A stretch of DNA of 64,000 nucleotides. Origin: Orbicella franksi (taxonomy: Eukaryota). How positions within the stretch are numbered: the first letter of the stretch is position 1; each line of letters begins with the position of its first letter. Below, piece after piece: positions 58,533-64,000 of this stretch. A model generated the notes under the pieces. The model ran no database searches, was not told where the DNA came from, and saw nothing but the letters and a program-made list of their open reading frames with translations. Where the stretch lies: assembly GCA_964199315.1 (NCBI GenBank), contig OZ116701.1:17298001-17362000 (forward strand). Reading direction: 5' to 3'. The position numbers were made by a program, and so were the translations under genes.

Positions 58533-60574
58533 ATAACGATGTCGAAAGCTTTCTGATTGAGATTACCATTCTGGACATGGTGAATCGCCTGTTTGAACTA
58601 CATGTATGGGATATACAATAGTTTATATACAAAAAGGTTATGCAATTTTCTTCTCAAGCTTGATTTATGAGGTACTAGTACTGTACTAGATTTATGACAA
58701 GTAACAGATGAATGATTCTAGATTTGTGAGAAATACTTTCCACTTTGTTATGTATCACAAGTAATTTATGTGTAGGCCAATTTCCTTTGATAATTCATGT
58801 TAACTTTTATCAAAATGCAACATTAGAGCCTTGGAAACAAAAAGGCTTCGTAGTTCAGATGACGCAAACTAATTGGCTTCCACCTTTTAAACTAGACCTT
58901 GAGCTAAGGCGGGGGTGGGGGGGAGGGGGGAGCGCGGTTGTTTTGCTTGCCCTGCCGGCTTTTCTTCCTTCTCTGATTTCTATTTTTTCTTTTTTTTACC
59001 TAAAATAAGGGGAGAGTGAGTCCCCCGGGCCCCTCCCCTAGATCCGGCACTGAGTTCTCTTCTTTTGTTCTAGTAAACGCATTTCGAGTGACTCTTGGAG
59101 AACTGGCTACAGTGTTCGGGCACCCACCGACATCGTTGTGAAATTAAATGACGATTTTGATGTTACTGATCAATCCACATATTAAGTTATGCTTCAACAA
59201 ACCTTCTAACAGAACCCAGCACTACTAATACGAGAGCAGTTACATGTAAATTGGTTGACAATTTTAGTTGTTGAACTTCATTGCTCAAAATAGAACTTTA
59301 ACTACATTGTATCATTGAGCTTGAACATAAAATTAAAACTTTGTACGTCCGCTGATGTTCTACTGTTTTCTTTTTTTAATGTGGTTATGTATCCGCTGTA
59401 AGACTGATCAAAACGATGAGTTCAGTCCAAGAGTATAGACCCTTTTAATAAATCGCCCCTGAATTTAATTATACATTCTAAGCTGAATATTGAATGTTCC
59501 TCCTGTCTCAATGTTTCTTGCTAAGACTGTTGATAAGCCTGTAGTCTTACTCACGAGATCTCTTGTAATTGCTTTTTGTCCTCTCGGGATAACTTTCTCA
59601 ATGGCCTCAGCTATGAACTCAATAAACTGCCATGTTGGTTTTCACTCTCCGAACCATAACTGGGAATCTGGTTTCGATCTAAAGATAATAAGTTAGCTTT
59701 TATTCAGGCGTTTGCTAGAAAAAACGTCTGCTACATGTGTAAACGTCTTTAATCGACATGCGCTTCATTTCTCTTGAACCACATTTGCATAAGGAAGTAC
59801 TAGGGCGGCTTTCAATTCCACGCTTTTAATCCTATCTCAAAAATAGACGCTTTTGTTCTTGCGGGTTCGTACATGCAGTTATGCATCAATAAACATCTAG
59901 TTTTTACTGGCTTGGTGTCAACTTGAGTGAGCTGATTTGATGGAGGTTTTAGAATAGCGTGCGACTAAATAAACTAAAGCGATTGACGCAGACATTTATC
60001 ATGTCTTATCTTTCAATGTCTTACAGTTTAAAACAATGTCTTGCAATTGACGCGAGATAAAACTGTAAACAGGAAGTTTTAAGGCCTGTTCAAGGTCAGT
60101 GGAGTTCGAAACTGTTTATCATTCGAAAACAGTCAAGATTGGTGTCAATTTGAGTGAGCTGATATGATATTTACGCATCGTCAGTGCCGGGGTGAATATG
60201 ATTTTTTTCAATTTTCAGAGCTAGTAAGGTTTTAGAATAGCGTGCGACAAACGTAAAGCGATTGACGCAGACATTTATCTTGTCTAATAATTCAATGTCT
60301 TACATTTTAAACAATGTCTTGATATTGGGGCGACATAAAACTGTAAACAGGAAGTTTTAAGGCCTGTTCAAGGTCAGTGGAGCTCGAAACGGTTTATCAT
60401 TGGGAAAACGGCCAAGATTGGTTGATAATTTTAGTACTTAAAGTTCATTGGTTATCATTCAAGAAAGCGAGGACACTAAATCATAACATTTGCACACCTG
60501 CCAATACTAGTTAAAGTGTGCTTATTTGTCCGCCAAAGAATTGTATAGTTTTCGTAAATTTGACTGCATACAGA

Positions 60575-61783
60575 ATGGAAAATGACGACCGTTTCAAGTC
60601 GTCTGCCATTAGTACTCAACAGGAACATGGATTGGATATCAAATGCATATCCCTTGATAGCAGCCTGGTTCCATCTAAGTTCGACGACTCCAAGCTTTCG
60701 CCAAGCCAAGCCAAGCAATTGATTGACAAATACGCCTTTCGTACCAAGTTTCACATCGATGAGCTAAGGAAGCAGAACAGCGCTAAAGTGAAGAAACCTC
60801 CAGTACTCCCTGTGTCAAAACAAGTAGTTAATGCTGTAGGATCCGAGGAGGCAATTTATTCCATTGGAGATTGTGGTTTGTTTGCCGCCGTTTTGACGGC
60901 ATACAATAATCACTGGAAACTTCGAACCTCTCCAGATGACTGGTGGTTCTGTGTCATTAAACGAGTCGCCTCTGCCATCGACAGAAACGCCAAAAAAGAG
61001 TCCGTTCGTAAGATGTTCGTTGATCACGAAGGAAAGAAAACCATCGAGGTAGTAGTGCCCGATACAAGCATCTATACTGTCGACTACAGCTGGTTCTTTG
61101 ATCAAATATCGAAGGGAGTACAAGAGAACATCAGAGTGCCTGAGTTCGTGGATGGCATGACAGCAGATTTCAGCACCACAACTGCAGTGCAGAAGATTGT
61201 TTCGCAGATCACAATGATGACTTCAGTCCAAGAGTATTTCAGCTTTGGTATGAAGTGTGGATGTGGAATCCCTGCAGTAGAGATGCTAGGTACTGAAGAC
61301 GACTGGAGCAAATTAAAATCCAAACTGAAGGTACTGCGGACACTGCTGGAGCCCATTGAGAATGATCTCGATTTGCCGTCAGAGTGGTGGGATGTTGTCG
61401 AAAAAGTTTTCAGCAACCTGCTGGCTACTTACAAGGGCAGCGCGGTTAGCGAATGGTGGAGCCATATTATGAGCTACGAGAATGTGTACGCATCAGGTAT
61501 GTATTTCGTCCCTGGCGAGTACCACTATAGAGGATGGATCACCGAGTTTTTGGAGGGAAAAAAACGTGCCATGGATATCGATGAGATGACAAGTGGCCTG
61601 GTAAGTGTGCCAATCGACCTCAAAAACCCGTCTGGTGTGAAAGACACTGCCGCTGTTGTGGCAGGAATGCTGGGCTTCACTCTTTACACTGACGATAACA
61701 AGAAGGTGTCTGTTCAGCCATTCCAAGGCTGGTCTCTTCTGCTCGCCAGTGACTCACCTTTTCGCGAATATGGTGAGTCCTAA
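60575..61783 (+). CDS. DUF4419-family protein, 402 aa (unit 4, diverged C-terminal half)
   Basis: Identical to units 2/3 up to nt 61233, then about 30 amino-acid differences plus a one-codon insertion. The frame is intact. Confidence 0.85.
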   Translation: MENDDRFKSSAISTQQEHGLDIKCISLDSSLVPSKFDDSKLSPSQAKQLIDKYAFRTKFHIDELRKQNSAKVKKPPVLPVSKQVVNAVGSEEAIYSIGDCGLFAAVLTAYNNHWKLRTSPDDWWFCVIKRVASAIDRNAKKESVRKMFVDHEGKKTIEVVVPDTSIYTVDYSWFFDQISKGVQENIRVPEFVDGMTADFSTTTAVQKIVSQITMMTSVQEYFSFGMKCGCGIPAVEMLGTEDDWSKLKSKLKVLRTLLEPIENDLDLPSEWWDVVEKVFSNLLATYKGSAVSEWWSHIMSYENVYASGMYFVPGEYHYRGWITEFLEGKKRAMDIDEMTSGLVSVPIDLKNPSGVKDTAAVVAGMLGFTLYTDDNKKVSVQPFQGWSLLLASDSPFREYGES

Positions 61784-62937
61784 ATAAAAGCGTCGGAAGC
61801 TTTCTGATTGGCAATATTATTCTGGACATGGTGAATCATCTGTTTGAGCTATATATATATATATATAGAAAGTAGTTTATATACAAAAAGCCGCTCTGCA
61901 ATTGTTTTCTAAGGCTTGATTTATGAGGTATTGTGCAAGATTTATGAGAAATAATAGATGTATGATTCTTGATTTGTGAAAAATACTTTCCACTTTGTTA
62001 TGTATCATAACTAATTGATGTGTAAGACAATTTCCGTTGATAATTCATGTTAACTTTTTATCCAAATGCAACATTAGAGCCTTCGGAAACAAACAGGCTT
62101 CGTAGTTTCGATGACGCAAACTCATTGGCTTCGACCTTTCAAACCAGACTTTGCCGGTAAGAGGTTATCAAAAAGCGTGAAGCTGAAAAAAGTACTTAAT
62201 AGTGTTTATTCGCCTTCAAAGAACCTTATTTCTAAATTAGCTACGACGTTCATTGTGAAAGAAACATCGTTTATAGACGTTCAGCTTAAATATGGACAGT
62301 GGCTATTTTGCCAGGAGAACTGTATAGCAACTCAGTTTGTTAAAAGAATCAAACAAATGCTACGTAACTATTCTTCTTGCTGTTTTTATTACATGCTTTG
62401 AGCTGTGAAGGATTTTAAAAATTAAATTTTGTCACTTGGGTTGTGATAGTGTATTACCATTTGATAAGCCATGGGTATTTATGTTTCTCTGCTTCCCACG
62501 CTTTTGCAATCTACCGTGTACTTGTCCTGTGTTATTTATTACCTTGGTATCATCACTATGCCATTATAATTTCATCAGTCTTGGTACCCCCGACATAATG
62601 TTTTCAAAAGCTACAGCTGTGAAGCTGACAGAATGCTTTTTGCACTCCCAGGTGATGCTGCTAAGCTAACTAAATTCTAGTTTTAACAGCTTTTTATTTT
62701 CAGATTTCCAGAATTCCAGTTTGTTGTTATTATTCAGGCAGTTGTTGAGTAAAGAAGGGACCCATAGTATATAAATTATCACAATGTAGAAGACCTTAGG
62801 CGACTAGCCACTCAGTCTAAAGCGACGATTAAAGTCTTATTGATCTTAGTGATAAGATCAGATGATCAGAAGACACGTAGTGTACTTTCTAATGGGCTGG
62901 GGGCAATGTTTGCATCATTATTTGACTATTTACGTTC

Positions 62938-63097
62938 CAGTAGCGGATCCAGACCTTGAATTAAGACGGGGAGCGGGGGGGGGGGGCGGTTTTATTTTGC
63001 TTGCCCCGCCGGCTTTTCTTCCATCAGTAATTTCGTCTTTTTTTTACCCAAAGTAAGGGGGGCGGGCCCCCCGGACCCTCCCCTAGATCCGCCAATG
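62938..63097. mobile_element. Harbinger-type MITE; left-truncated copies in units 1-3 (~52397-52556, ~55645-55804, ~58893-59052)
   Basis: TIRs CAGTAGCGGATC/GATCCGCCAATG around a G-rich/C-rich interior. Confidence 0.6.
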
Positions 63098-63454
63098 AGT
63101 TCTCTACTTTTTTCTAGTTAACGCATTTCGAGTGACTCTTTAAGAATTGGTTACCGCGTTTGCGCACCCACCGACGTTGTTGTTAAGCTAAATGACGATT
63201 TTGATGTTACTGATCAATCCACATATTAAGTTATGCTTCAACAAACCTTCTAACAGAACCCAACACTATTAATACGAGAACAGTTAAATTGGTTGACAGT
63301 TTTAGTTGTTGAACTTCGTTGCTCGAGTAGAACTTTAACTACATTGTGTCATTGAGCTTGAACATGAAATTGAAACTTTGTGCGGCCGCCGTTTCATTTT
63401 TTATCTATTTTTTTTTTTTTTTTAAGTGTGGTTATTTATCCGCTGTAAGACTGA

Positions 63455-63729
63455 AATAATGAGTTCAGTCCAAGTGTATAGACCCTTTGCATAAATAACT
63501 GCTAAATTTAATTAATTTATACATTGTAAGCCTCACAATCCTGTGCAAAATGCTTTGTCTGACAACATCAGTACGAGGCTAAGGATGTGTAAGGTATTGT
63601 TATTCAAAGTTTGGCCCCATTTATGCAAAGGATCTTGATTTCCGCTTTGGTGTTGACAGTGAATGAAGAATTCTGCGGTGGATATGTTAAGTACCAAGGA
63701 CGACTGGAGCACATTAAAATCCAAACTGA
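63455..63729 (+). pseudogene. Decayed DUF4419 fragment downstream of unit 4
   Basis: Same relic as 12510-12786. It reads FRFGVDSE*RI-AVDMLSTKDDWSTLKSKL with the same TGA stop. Confidence 0.85.
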
Positions 63730-64000
63730 CGGAACTGTGACTGTACTACTATCGACTTGGAAAATCTAAAACGTCAAATATAGTAAAGAAAACATGGCTT
63801 CAGAATTAGGCTGCAGTTAAGCTTTTGTACATTATGTTGCATTTTTTCGAGCATTTTAGTGGCATTTTCCGGAAAATTATTTTTTTCCCACCTACACAAA
63901 ATAGAAATCTCTTAATGAGTATCGGACACCTTCACACTCTAAGGGGCATTATGGGTGATCCGTGCAAATTAATTTACAAAGAAGTAAAGCTGTAAAACAT

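Larger units (their letters stand above)
50020..63528. repeat. Head-to-tail array of four DUF4419 units with a 3248-bp period
   Basis: ORF starts are offset by exactly 3248 (54022/57270/60518 and 52249/55497/58745). The same junction CTAAGC|TGAATATTGAATG occurs at ~52988, ~56236 and ~59484. Near-identity spans ~51890-61233. Confidence 0.95.

Overview
AT-rich eukaryotic genomic DNA with GT-AG introns. The repeat content and gene types point to a cnidarian, probably a stony coral (inference; not confirmed). Two adjacent tandem gene arrays make up the window. (1) 0.2-45.7 kb: three ~17 kb copies (A partial, B, C) of a six-exon gene for a ~543-aa predicted type II membrane protein with the order short cytoplasmic tail, TM helix, coiled coil, dibasic site, 14 Gly-X-Y collagen triplets, two Ig domains, C-terminal TLDc domain. 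All five introns are phase 1, and amino-acid divergence is highest in the last TLDc exon. (2) 50-63.5 kb: four head-to-tail units of an intronless DUF4419-family gene (one pseudogene, two identical intact copies, one chimeric intact copy), with a 3248-bp period. The arrays are historically linked: decayed DUF4419 sequence and the DUF4419 downstream flank also lie upstream of receptor copy B, and the window ends in sequence homologous to the receptor upstream region, which predicts a fourth receptor copy just outside. Introns and spacers carry many copy-specific insertions: Penelope-like elements with minimal hammerhead ribozymes, a solo LTR, CR1/L2 and L1/Tx1 LINE fragments, a tRNA-derived SINE, an ISL2EU-like THAP element, a P/Galileo-like foldback and many MITEs. 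There is also a COA4-like relic. No rRNA, true tRNA or CRISPR array was seen. All alignments and counts were done by eye.
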